From Scenedesmus sp. PABB004 (taxonomy: Eukaryota): 64,000 bases of DNA. Positions 22,336-33,800 of the stretch are shown here, piece by piece (position 1 is the stretch's first letter; each line of letters starts with the position of its first letter). The stretch spans positions 558,001-622,000 of the forward strand of contig JABVCE010000004.1 of NCBI GenBank assembly GCA_014905635.1. The letters run 5' to 3'. The position numbers were made by a program, and so were the translations under genes. The notes beneath the pieces were generated by a model. That model ran no database searches, was not told the DNA's origin, and was given only the letters and a program-made list of their open reading frames with translations.

Positions 22336-25300
22336 ATGATGGAGGCGCTGGTGGCTTGGGCGGTGGCCCAGGTGAGCGAACGGCCGCCGCTGCCGCCACG
22401 AGCCCGCCGCCGCCGCCACGCGCGCCCGGCCGCTGACGCCCGGCCTGCCGCCGCCGGCCGCCGCAAGGGCGCGACCGTGGCGGCGGCGCCGCGCGCCGGC
22501 GCGCCGCGCAAGCTCTTTGCGGCGCGGGACATCACGCCGGGCGACGCGGCGGTCCGCCTGCCCGCCGCGCTGCTCCTGCACGGCGGCGCCGCGCTGGGCG
22601 ACGCGGAGTACGGCCGCGCGTTCGCCGCGCTGCTGGCCGAGGCGCCGCCGGGCGCGACATGGCTCGACGCGCGCGGCCTGCTGATCCTGCTGCTCGTGCT
22701 GGAGCGCTGCCGCGGCGCCGCCTCGGCTTGGGCGCCGTATGTCGACGCGCTGCCCGAGCGCTTCGGTGCGCGCCGCACGCTGCGCCGCGTGCCGCGCCGC
22801 CCGCGGGGTGCACCGCCCAGCGCCGCCGCTGCCCCGCCGGCGCCGCAGACGACCCGTCCTGGTGGGCGCCGCCCGACGTGGCGCTGCTGCGCGGCACGCG
22901 CCTGGCGCAGGCCGTGCGGCGCTACGCCGACGGCCCGCCCGAGGGGCTGGGCGCGCTGCACGCGTGGCTGCTCCGCCTGGAGGCGCTTCACCGGCAGCAG
23001 CACGGCGGCGCGGGCGGCACGCTCAGCGCCGCGCTCGGGGGCTGGGGCCAGACGCGCGAGGCGGTGCGCTGGGCGCGCTCTGCGGTGTGGTCGCGCGCGT
23101 TCGCGGTCAGGGGCCTGCGCGCCGGCGGGCCGCCAGGGAGCGGCGGCGCCGCAGAGCCCGCGGCGGTGGTGGCGCTGGTGCCGGTGCTCGACATGGCAGA
23201 TCACCGTCCGCAGCTGCGCGTGTCCTGGCGCGTCGTGGACGCGCCAGGGGCGGCCGGCGGCGAGGCGGCGGCGCAGCAGGTGTTTGAGTGGACGCCGCTC
23301 ACGCCGGTGCCGGAGGTGCGCCCGCGCGCGCGCACGCGCCGCGGTCGCTCGACGCCCGCCGCCGCGTCGCTCGACGGCGCCGCGTCGCCGACGCCGACGC
23401 CGCTCGCCTCCGCCCCACTGCCTCACCACGCCAAGGGCGCCGAGCTGTTCACAAACTACGGCGCCGCCAAGAGCAACGAGGAGCTGCTGTTGGGGTTCGG
23501 CTTTGTCCTGCAGGACAACCCCAACGACACCTTCCTGGTCAGCATAGGCCACGGCAGCGACGCCGACGGCGACGGCGGCGACCCGGACGAGGCGTGGTGC
23601 GACGCCGCCGCCGAGTGGCAGCGGCGCCTGCGCGCGCTCGCTGCCGGCGGGCTGGCGCTGGAGGTCGCGATCAGTGCGGCCGCGCCGCTGCCGGCGCGGC
23701 TGCTGGACATGCTGCTGCTGGCGGCCGTGGCGCCGGCGTGGCAGCTGCCGCGGTTGCACCGGGACGCAGCGGCATGGCTGGCCGCGCGCGCCGGCCAGGC
23801 GCAGCCCGGCAACGAGCAGCCGCCGCCGCAGCAGCAGCAGCTGCAGGGGCAGCAGCAGCAGGAGCAGCAGCAGGGGCAGCAGGAGCAGCAGGAGGGAGCG
23901 GAGCGCCTGCAGCAGAAGCAAGGCGACTCGCCGGGGCTGCACGCCGCTGCGCCGCTGGGCCAGCAGCTGCTGGTGCTGCAGGCGCTTCAGGTACAGCTGG
24001 CCACCAAGCTGGCCGGCATGGTCCCCGCGGCGCAGCTGCTCGAGGCGGCGCTGGAGGAGGCGACGGAGCAGGGCCAGCAGGCAGAGGGCGCATCCAACCC
24101 CGCGCACGCGCGGCTGGCCGCCGTGTACGTGCTGTCGCAGCAGCAGGCGCTGCGCGCCGCCCTGGTCGCGGTCAGGAGGGAGGCGGCGGCGCTGCTGCTG
24201 CGCCTTGCGGCGCCGGCGGCCTGCGCGCCAGGGCCCAGCGCCTGCCCCGCGGGCCTCGAGCTCGGGCCGAGCGTGCGCTGGTGTGAGCGCTGCCAGACGC
24301 TCAGCACGGGCAGCACGGTCGCGGCGGGCGCGCCCGTGCTCCGCGCGCCGCTGGCCAGCTGCATCAGCGGCGAGACCGGGGTGCAGCTGGTCGTGCGGTT
24401 AATGCTCGCGGCCACTGCCGGCGAGGCGCCGGGCAGCGGGGCCGCGTCCTACTGGGCGACCGCGTGGCGGCGGGCGCAGCAGGGCGTTGAGGGCGCGCAG
24501 CACGCGCTGCCCTGGTGGCTGCAGCCGCAGCACACCGCGCTCGTGGAGCTCCTGCAAGGTGGGAGTCGTGTGCCGCATGCCGCGCTGCACCGCGCGCCGC
24601 CGTTGTCAACCAGGCTGCACCGCTGCCCCGCAGACACGCCCGCGGGGCAGGAGGTTTTGGACGTCTCCGACGTGCTTCAGGCTGGCTTTGGCGAGCTGCT
24701 CGCGGCGCAGCAGGAGGAGGCCGCCGCGCAGCATGGCGCAGCAAGCGAGGCGGAGGCGGTGCTGCGGCTGGTGCAGCGGGACCCGGCCGCGGCGTTCTCT
24801 CTCTTCTGCTGGGCGACGCGGCTGCTGGAGCGCGGCGCGTTCGCCACCTCCGGCGGCGGCGGTGACGAGCAGCAGCTCAAGGTTCTGGTCCCGGGCGTGG
24901 AGGGGGTGCCGCAGGTGGGGTGCGCGCGCGCGGGGTCGCGCGACGCGCCGCAGCGTGCGCGCCGCCGCAGCAAGCCGTGTGCCCGGCCGCTGGCGCAGGT
25001 GCTGCGTGAGCTGGCGCTGGAGCTGCGCCTGCCGCACGACGGGGCGCAGCCCGGCTGGGCGGCCGTGCACGCGGCGTGCGACCTGCCAGCGGGCCTGCAC
25101 CTCGCCGACGGGGCCCGCCTCGCGGCGCCCTGCAGCGCGCAGCAGCTGCTCGTGCAGCGCGGCCCGGCGGCGCTGGCGGCCGCGGCGGCCGCCGTGCAAG
25201 CTGGCTGCACCGGGGAGGCTGGCGGCGGCGCCGCGCCGCCGGCGCCGCAGCACGTCTACGAGCTGGCGGTGTGCCCTCCCGGCAACGACCCGCACAGAGG

Positions 25301-26078
25301 CTCCAAGCTGCAGCTGCTGGCGGCCGCGGGGCTCGGGCTGAGCCAGGCGCTCACGCTGCCGGCGCCCAGTCCCGGCGACGGCGACGGCGAGGGCGGCGGC
25401 GGCGGCGCCGTGGAGCAGCTGGAAGCCGTCCTTGCGGCCATGGCAGTCGCGCTGAGCGACGACGCCGCGGCGCTGCAGGCCGAGGTGGTGCAGCGCGTCG
25501 CGGCGCAGCAGCGCGCGGCGGTCATGCCCGTCACGCGCGGCGCGGCCGTGCCAGCGGGCGGGGGCATGCTCGCAGACGCCGCCGCTGGCGCGGCGCCGGA
25601 GGCGCCCGCGGCGGCCTCGGCCCCCGCGGCGCCGCGCGAGGAGGAGCGGGCGCGGGAGGAGGAGCAGGCGCACGAGGCGCACGCCTGGGCGCAGCTGCGC
25701 CAGCAGCTGCTGGCAGCGCACGGCAGGGCCGCCCGCAAGCAGCTGGCGCAGGGCCTCAAGGCCGACGCGGCCGCGGTGGCGGCCGCGCTGCAGGCGCTGG
25801 ACGACGTGCCGCCCGGGGACGATGCGTCGCCACAGGCCGCCGGCAGCGCCAGGGGCTGCTGCTGCGCCGCGAGCGGCGTTGCTGGCGGCGACGGCGCGGG
25901 CGGGGGCGCAGCAGCAGCCTCGGCTGGCGCGCGCGTGTACCTGCAGGGCACAGCGGCCGTGCTGGAGGCGTGGCTGGCGCTGGCCAAGGGTCGGGGGAGC
26001 AGCGGCAGCGCCGGCAAGGGCCGCAGCGGCAAGGGCGGCGGCGGCAAGGCGGCCAAGAAGCAGCGGCGGGCGGCGTGA
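22336..26078 (+). CDS. SET-domain (Rubisco LSMT/SETD3-type) protein lysine methyltransferase
   Basis: LFAARDITPGD..VRLP; SAWAPYVDALP; WARSAVWSRAF; LVPVLDMADH; ELFTNYGAAKSNEELLLGFGFVLQDNPND; basic C-terminus KAAKKQRRAA*. Confidence 0.8.
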
Positions 26079-26471
26079 GCTGCCGGGCGCGAGGGAGTTC
26101 GCGCGCTGGCCGCGAGCGCTCGCGTGTGACGGCCGCAGCTCGACGCCAGCGCCGTTGCAGACTCAGGCCCTCTCACGAATAGCTGTTCAGCGACCCGGCG
26201 AGCCGCCAGGGCGCGGGCGGCGGGCGAGGCGCCCGCCGCAAGCAAACTCTTCCCCCGACGCCACACCAGCGCGGGGCAACGCGCGCGCGGCAGCGCGCCA
26301 AAAAAAACTGCACAGCAGGCGGACTGGGCGCTGATGCGGCGGCGTGCTCCCCTCCCAACCCTCCTGAGCCGACTCCCATACCGTGCTCTCTCGTGTACAA
26401 CGCCAGTGCGGCAGCTGGCCAGGCACCCGCCGCGCAGCCCGCACGAGCGGCAGCGCCCGCCGCGGCCGCCG

Positions 26472-28963
26472 CTAGAGCGGCCCTGGCCCCGGCCGGCTGC
26501 TGCTGACGGCCGCGGGCTCGCTGGCCTCCCGGGCGGCGCCCGCGGCGCCCGGCTGCTGCCTGCTGCCGCTGCCCGCGCCGCTGGCGCCGGGCAAGATGTT
26601 GTTGTTGCTCCCCACCGCGTGCTGCTGCTGCTGCTGCTGCTGCGGGGGCTGCGGTAGATGCTGCTGCTGCTGCTGCTGCTGCTCCGCCGGCGTCTGCGCT
26701 GCGCTGTGGCCTCCGGCGCTGCCGGTGCTGCCGCTCTGCTGCCCGCTGGAGCTGGGCGACGAGTAGGCGCCCGGCCCGCCCGCGAGCTGGCCCACGCTCT
26801 CAAAGCCGTTGGCCGCCAGCTGCTGCTGCAGCTGCTGCGCCGTGAGCACCACGTGCTGCGCCGCCGGCGCCTGCTGCGCCGGCGCCCGCGCGCCCTCCGC
26901 CGCCGCCGCCGCCGCCGCCGCCTGCTGCTCCCGCGCCGCCGCCGGCGGCGCCTGCTGCGCCGCCGCCGCCGCCTGCGCCGCCGCGGCTGCGGCGGCGCGG
27001 CGCGGTTCGTCCTCGTCCGACGACGTGCCGAGCGAGTCGAGCTCAAGCAGGCCGTACTCGTCGTCCGGCAGCCACTGCATGAGCCACGGGTGCGCGAGCG
27101 CCTGCGCGACCGTCATGCGCGCGCCGTAGTCGCGCGTGAGGCAGCGCGCCATGAAGTCGCGCCCCTCGCCGCTCATGCCGCGCCAGGGGCCGTAGTCGAG
27201 CGCGATCGGCGCCTCGGCGACGAGCAGCGCGACCTCGTCGAGCTTGGCGTGCCGGCACTCCTCGTAGGTGCGCCAGAAGGGGAAGCGGCGCGCGTAGAGC
27301 TGGTACAGCATGATGCCGAGGCTCCACATGTCCGCCTCCCAGTGGTAGTCGCGGTCAAAGATCTCGGGCGCCATGTAGACTGTGCGTGGCAATGGAGGGA
27401 GGGGAGAGAGGAGTTGAGAGAGGGGCGGCAGCGGTGCGCGGGGTGCGCGACGTGTGAGAGCGCGCGCGGGGCGGGGGCGGGCCGGGGGCGGGGCGGAGGC
27501 GGAGGCGCGCGCGGCGGCGGGAGCGGCGGCGGCTGGGGCGCACCCGGCGTGCCGGTGCGCTTGCTGAAGCGCGCGGGGCTGAGGTACTGGGAGCACCCAA
27601 AGTCGATCGCGAGCAGCCAGGGCTTGCCGAAGAGCAGGTTGATGTCCTTGCTGAACAGCGGGTTGCGCGTGCGGTCGACGAGCACAAAGTTGGCGGGCTT
27701 GACGTCGCCGTGCAGGATGCCGAGCTCGTGGCACTTCTCCACGACCTGCAGCACCTCGTACGCGATCAGCGCGACCGCGCGCTCCGGCAGCGCGCCGTGG
27801 TCCTGCGCGCGGGCGGCGCCGCGGGCGGGCGGCGCCGCGGGCGGGCGGCGCCGCGTCGGCGGCCGCGCGGCGCGGCGCCGCCTGCAGCCGCCGCCGCCTG
27901 CCGCGCGTGCGCCGCCGCCCGCCGCCGCTGCGTGCGCGCCGCGCGCCGCGCGCCGCGCGCCGCGCGCACGTCTGAGAGCTTCTGCAGGTCGCCGCCCGAG
28001 CAGAGCCCCGTGACGACCATGACCTCGTCGGGCGCCTCGTAGCAGCCGAGCAGGCGCACGGTGTTGCGGCAGGCCTGCATCTTGGTCAGGATGCCGACCT
28101 CCTTGGCCAGCTTCTGCAGCGTGCGCTCCTTGGTCAGCTTGCCGCGCTGCTTGGGCATGACCTTGATCGCGACCTGCGGGGGGCGGCACGGGCGCACGCG
28201 TGGAGCCGGGCGGGGCGGGGCGGCGGCGCTCAACCGCGACCGCGCCGCCGCGCGCCGCCGCGCGCGCGCGCTGCCCCGCCGCCGCCGGCTGCCGTCTGGC
28301 TGGTGCCGCGCCGCCGGCGCACCTCCTGGCCCGTGTGCAGGTCGATGCCCAGGTAGACGCTGCCGAAGCTGCCCTGCCCGATCAGCTTGCCCTGCGCGGC
28401 GGCGGCGGCGGCGCGGCGTGCTCGGAGCGCTGCGGCAAGGGGCGCGCACCGCCTGCGCCCGCCCGGCGCGGGCCAGCGGCGCCGGCAGCGCCAGCGGCGC
28501 CGGCGTCGCGCTGCCACCGCGCGCCGCCGGCGGTTGCGAGCGCGTGGCGACAGCGCGACGCCGGCGCCGCCGCCGGCGGCGCCGCTGCTGCTGCTGCCGC
28601 GCGCCTTGACGTAGTGCTGCGCAAAGTCCACGGGCCAGCCGAGGTCGGAGGATGCGGGGGCTGGGTCGGGCACCGGAATGGTGGCCCGGCAGGCCAGCCG
28701 GCCGCGCCGGGCGCGCAACAACAGCCTGCGGGCGACGGCATCGGCGGTCGGGGCCGTGCCACGGCGCCTCCCGTGCCCGCAGCGCGGCTGCGGCGCCGCC
28801 GGGCGGCGCCCCGAGACGGCACGCACCCCGGGCGCGAGCGCTCGGGCTGCCGGCGCGGCTGCGCAGCGGCGCGGGCGGGCGCGGGCAGCAGGGCGGGGGC
28901 GGGCCCCCGCGCCCGCGCCGCGCCCGCTGGCCGCGTCCCGAGCCGGCAGTGCTGCAGCGCCAT
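26472..28963 (-). CDS. Ser/Thr protein kinase, CDPK/CaMK-related, no EF hands
   Basis: IGQGSFGSV, VAIK, HGDVKPANF, IDFG, TGTP|VYMAPE, DMWSLG, RMTVAQALAHPW. Arg/Ala-rich N-terminus and Gln/Ala-rich tail. Confidence 0.88.
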
Positions 28964-29368
28964 CGCAGCCGGCCTGCGGGCCGCCCCCGAGCGCGCCCTG
29001 CTGAGAGGGGGCCGCCCCGAGCGCGGGCGGGCGCGGGGGCCGTTGCTGCGTGACCCGGAGGGCGCCCTGATCGGCGGGCGGCTGTGGCGGCGGAGAGCGC
29101 GTCGGGGCCGCGGGGGCCCGCGAGTGATGTCGTCAAAAAACCCGCCCGCTGAGCGCCCTGAGCTGGCGCCAGCGGGTCGCGCGCATCGGGCGCCACGCCC
29201 TGGGCACGCCTGCAGCTCGCCGTTGCACACAGCCGAGCGGCGGCGGCGGCGAGCGCTGCGCGGTGCGCGCGCCGCGGCAGCGCGCGCGCTGCGCCGAGTT
29301 GCTCGCTGCAAGCGACACGCCCGCTCTCGCGACAGCAGCAGCACCAGCACCAGCAGCAGCAGCTTGCA

Positions 29369-30271
29369 CTACGTGCTGATGCGCCGCGCGCCGCCCGCCT
29401 CGGCCTCGTCGCCCTCGCCCTCGCCGCCCTCGCCCTCCTCCGGCGGCTCGGGCTCCCGCAGCATCCCCGCCGCGCGCCAAGCCTCCCAGGCGCGCGCGCG
29501 GATGATGCGCGCGGCGGCGCGGTCGACGCGCGCGTCGGCCCGCCGCTTCTCCGCGAGGCGCCGCTCCCACGCCTCGCGCCAGCGCTGCTCCCGCAGCGCC
29601 GTGTTCTTGGCCCACATGCGCCGGTACCTGCAGCAGCCACGCCGGCGCGGGGGTTGGCCGGCGGCGCGGCGCGCGTGCGCGGGCGCGTGACGGCGCCGCG
29701 GCCGCCCGCCCCCGCCGGCCAGCGGCGCTGCTGGCGGCCGCGCGGCCGCCGCGCCCGCCGCGCCCTGCGCGCACCGCTTGCGGTGGTGGCGCGGGCGGCC
29801 GTCGAAGTAGAGGGCTCGGTAGTCTTTCTCGCGCGCGCGCGCGGGCGCGTACGGCGGCAGCGGCTGCGCCGGCAGCGGCAGCATGGGGTCGTAGCCCGGG
29901 TCGCAAAAGTGCCACTGGTGCCGCGCGGGGCGCTTGATGGCGGGCTTGCGGCTCGCGATGGTCGCGCTCAGGCCATTCCAGAAGTACGGCGCCCGCGGCG
30001 GCGGCAGCACGCCGCCGGGCGGCTGCGCCGCCGCCGCGTCGGCGTGGTCCGCCTGCTGCGCCTCTGCCGGCGCGGCGCTGCTGAGGCCGCGCGCGTGCGC
30101 CGCCGGCGCGCGCCAGGGCTGCGGCGCGGCGCCCAGCAGCGTGGCCAGCGCGCCGGCGCCGCCGGGGTCGGCGCCGGCGAGCCGCAGCCACGCGCCGCCG
30201 GTCGGCGCTGCTGCCGGCAGCAGCGCGCTCGCGCGCCCGCCGGCGGCCAGGCGGGCCAGGCCGCGGAGCAT
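29369..30271 (-). CDS. Uncharacterised basic protein with mitochondrial-type presequence (2 exons)
   Basis: MLRGLARLAAGGRASALL...HARGLSSAA resembles a presequence. The core YFWNGL..KPAIKRPARHQWHFCDPGYDP...HHRKR|YRRMWAKN..REQRWREAW looks like real coding sequence. Confidence 0.65.
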   Translation of the reverse strand: MLRGLARLAAGGRASALLPAAAPTGGAWLRLAGADPGGAGALATLLGAAPQPWRAPAAHARGLSSAAPAEAQQADHADAAAAQPPGGVLPPPRAPYFWNGLSATIASRKPAIKRPARHQWHFCDPGYDPMLPLPAQPLPPYAPARAREKDYRALYFDGRPRHHRKRCAQGAAGAAAARPPAAPLAGGGGRPRRRHAPAHARRAAGQPPRRRGCCRYRRMWAKNTALREQRWREAWERRLAEKRRADARVDRAAARIIRARAWEAWRAAGMLREPEPPEEGEGGEGEGDEAEAGGARRIST

Positions 30272-30809
30272 GCTGGGCGATGCGCCGCCGGGCGCGGAAT
30301 TCGAGGAGCTGCCGCCCCCGCCGCGCCGGGGCCTGGCTGCGCGCGTGCGGCCGCCGCCTGCAGCGAGGGGATCTGCAGCGGCCGCCGCCGCCCGCCTCCG
30401 AGTCGCGCGACTGGCCGCGGCGGCGCGCCGATGGGCGTATGGCGAGAGCCCTGGCAGCCGCTTGAGGCAACGAGGAACGAGCGGCGCGGCGGCGACGGAC
30501 GGCCGCTGCGCTCGCCGGCGGCGGCGGCGCACGCAGGGCGTTGGGCGGCAGGGCGTGTGGAGGCGAAGGGGCAGTGGCGCGGGAGTGCCGCACGCAGCAC
30601 CTCTCACACGCGCCGCAGCAGCAGCAGCGGTTGCGAGCACGTGACGGTCGCAAGGGCTCAGTTGAGCCGCCCGTGCGCTGCCCTGAGCACGGCACTGCGT
30701 CGCCCGTGCCAGGCTGCAGCTCGAGAACATGCGCTGACGGCAGGGGGCGAGAAGGGCCTGAGCTCGCACGCCGCGCACGCGGCCGCCCTTGGAGCCTGCT
30801 GGGCACACC

Positions 30810-33800
30810 ATGCCACCCAGTGGCGAGCCCAAGGATGATGACCAGCAGATGCCTCCCGCCAGCCCCCGGTCGGGCGGCAGGCTGCGGCCGCGGTGGAGGG
30901 CGGCGCCGCGCGCCAGCAGCGGCGTCGCTGCCGAGCCTGCAGGCGTGACGTCGCCGAAGCACCGGCTCTCGCTCTCCGAGATCGACGAGACCATCTCCCA
31001 GCTCCCCACCTGGCAGCAGCAGCTGACGCTGCGCGGGCTGCTCGTCGGTGCGCTGCCAACCGCCTCCGCGCCGCGCGCGCGCTGCCAACCGCCCCCGCGC
31101 CGTGGCGCGCTGCCAACTGCCTCCGCGCCGCGCAGCCGCGGCCGCCGACGCCGCGCCGCACGCCACCACGCGCCGCCAGGCACGGGCCTGGGCCTGCTGT
31201 TCACCATCATCACGCTCAAGCTCTCCCTCGGCAGCGCCGGCATCGTGCCGTCGCTCAACATCCCGGCCGGGCTCATCTCGTTCGCGCTGCTGCGCTCGTG
31301 GACCGCGATCGGCGCGAAGCTGCACCCCGAGCGCTCGCCCGCCGCGCTGCGCGCGCTGTTCGCGCCCTTCACGCTGCAGGAGAACGCGGTGCTGCAGACC
31401 TTCACCATCAGGCGCGCGCGCCGCCGGGCGCTGCGGGGGGCGCGCGTGCTGTGCACGAGCACCTCTCACGCGACGCTCGCCGGCCCAGCAGCGCCGCCCC
31501 CCGTCCCCCGCCCCGTCCCTCGCTCCTGAACACCCACTGCACACACACTGACAACACGCACGCACCCGCCCACTCACCTCCCACGCCCCCCCCCCCCCCC
31601 CCGCAGCTTGAGCGGCATCGCCTTTATTGGCGGCTTTGGCACGTACCTTACCGGTGAGCGCGCACGCAGCCACGCAGCCACGCACGTCCACACACCCAGC
31701 CTCACACACACACGCACACGTCCACACACCCAGCCTCACACACACACGCACACGTCCACACACTCAGCCTCACACACAACGAGTGTACACGCGCGCAGGC
31801 ATGGACTACCAGGCGTACCTCAACCTCGGCGGCGCGCCGCGCGGCGACCCGGGCTTCCGCGGCGACGAGGTCTTCGACCCGCTGCTCTCGCGCTCCATAC
31901 CCTACCTGCTGCTGGTCGTGGTGCTCGGTGTGTTCATGCTCACCCAGCTGCGGCGGCTCATGATCATCGACTGGCGCCTCCCCTTCCCCAGGCGCGGCGC
32001 GGCGCGCTGCGTCGGCGCGCAGCAGCGCGCGCGGGCGCGCGGGCGGGGCCGTGCTGCGGCGGCGACGGCGCGCCGACGCGCCGCCCGCCGCGCGCGCGCG
32101 CGTCGCCCCCGCGCAGCGGCACCGCGAGCGGCATCATGCTGACCAGCTTCCACACGGCGGTGCGGGGCGGGGACGGCACGGGCAGGCGCGGCCGTGGGCG
32201 CGGGGGCGGGCGCGGCCGCGGCGGCGCCGCACCCGGTCACGCGCGCCGCCGCCGCGGCCGCGCAGGCGGGCGAGGCCGAGGCGATGCGCAAGGTGCGACT
32301 GCTCTCGTGGACGGGGCTCTCCTCGTTCCTCTTCAGCGTCTTCAAGTGGATCTTCTCTGGCGCAGACTACGGCTGCGGCCTTGGCGTGTGGCCGACGTTT
32401 GGACTCAAAGCGCTCGACTACACGTGGAGCCTCGACTGGCAGCAGAACTACATAGGCGCTGGCATGATCTGCCCCCACATAGTCAATTGGTCGATGCTCC
32501 TCGGGGCTGTGCTCAGCTGGGGGATCATGTGGCCGCTGCTCGAAAAAAGGGCGGGCGACTGGTACCCGGCTGGCCTCACCTCGCGCGACTTCAAAGGCTT
32601 GTTCGGATACAAGGTGCGGCGCGGCCCACGCTGGTGGTGTTCCAACGCGCTCGGCCCACGCCGTTGTTGGAATGCTCGGGCCACGCTGGCGTTCCAGTGC
32701 TCCGCACGCTGCGCGCGCTGCGCGCGCCGCGCGCGCTGCGAGCGCCGCGCGCGCTGAGCGCCGCCGAGCGTGCGCCGGACTCCCGCGCCGCCGCAGGTCT
32801 TCCTGACCATCGCGCTGCTCATGGGCGAGGGCGTGTACATGACCCTGCGCGTGCTGATCTCCAGTGAGCCCGCGGCCGCGGCGGCGGTGGCGGCGGGGAC
32901 GGCGGGGACGGCGGTGGCAGGCCGCACGCGCGCGGGCCGCCGGGCGCGGCGCGCGGCCGCATCGCCTCCCGCTCACGCGCGCGCACGACGCCGCCGCCGC
33001 CGCACGCGCAGGCGCCCGCGACGGGCTGCGCCGGCTCGCCGAGGCGCGCGCCGCGCGGCGGCTGCCGCAGTACCGGCGCGGCCTTCCCAGCGAGCCGGGC
33101 GTGGCGCCGCTGGACCTCGATGATACCCCAGGTGTGTGCTCGCGCCCGTGCAGCAAAGGCGGGCGAGCGCGCCACAGCACGGCCGCCGCAGCGAGGCCCC
33201 GAGCCCCCCCCCCCCCCGCCCCGGCCGCCCGCCGCCTCGGGCGCGGCAGGCGCCGGCGCGGGCGGCGCGAAGGCCGGCGGGCCCGCGCTGCCGGACGGCA
33301 CGGCGAGCGGCTCGCCGCTCGCGGCGGCCGACTCGGGCGCGGGGCACCTCGCCCAGCCGCTCGCGGAGGAGGACGATGGCAAGCACCTCCTGCAGTTCAG
33401 GGAAACCGAAAACGAGGTGCGCCGCGCGGCGCGCGCCGCAGCGCGTCCAGCCTCGCCGCGCGGCGCCCGCGCCAGCGCGGCGCCGGCCGACCCCGCCGCG
33501 CCCGCGCGCGCGCGCACGCACGCGCAATCTGGCAGCGGCTGCTGCGCTCCGAGGTGTTCCTGCGCGAGACGATCCCCTGGTGGCTCGCGCCGCTCGGGTA
33601 CGGCGGGCTCGCGGTGCTGAGCACCATCTGCATACCCTTCATATACCCGCCCGTCAAGTGGTGAGCCGAGAGAGGCCGCCCCGCCCGCCCTTGGCTCAGG
33701 CGGCGCCGGCGGGGCTCGCGGCAGCGCGGCAGGGGCGGCGGCGCCCGCGCGCCGCGGCGCGCGGGGGCGCGACAAAACCGCCGCCAAAACCGCCGCCAAA

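Noticed and set aside
29330..29372. Stop-codon readthrough adding a hydrophobic tail (LLLLVLVLLL) after TAG
   Set aside because: The tail derives from a CTG/GTG microsatellite common in UTRs here, and other genes show standard stop usage.
33200..33220. Programmed ribosomal frameshift
   Set aside because: It falls in a homopolymer typical of sequencing error, with no slippery heptamer plus downstream structure evident.
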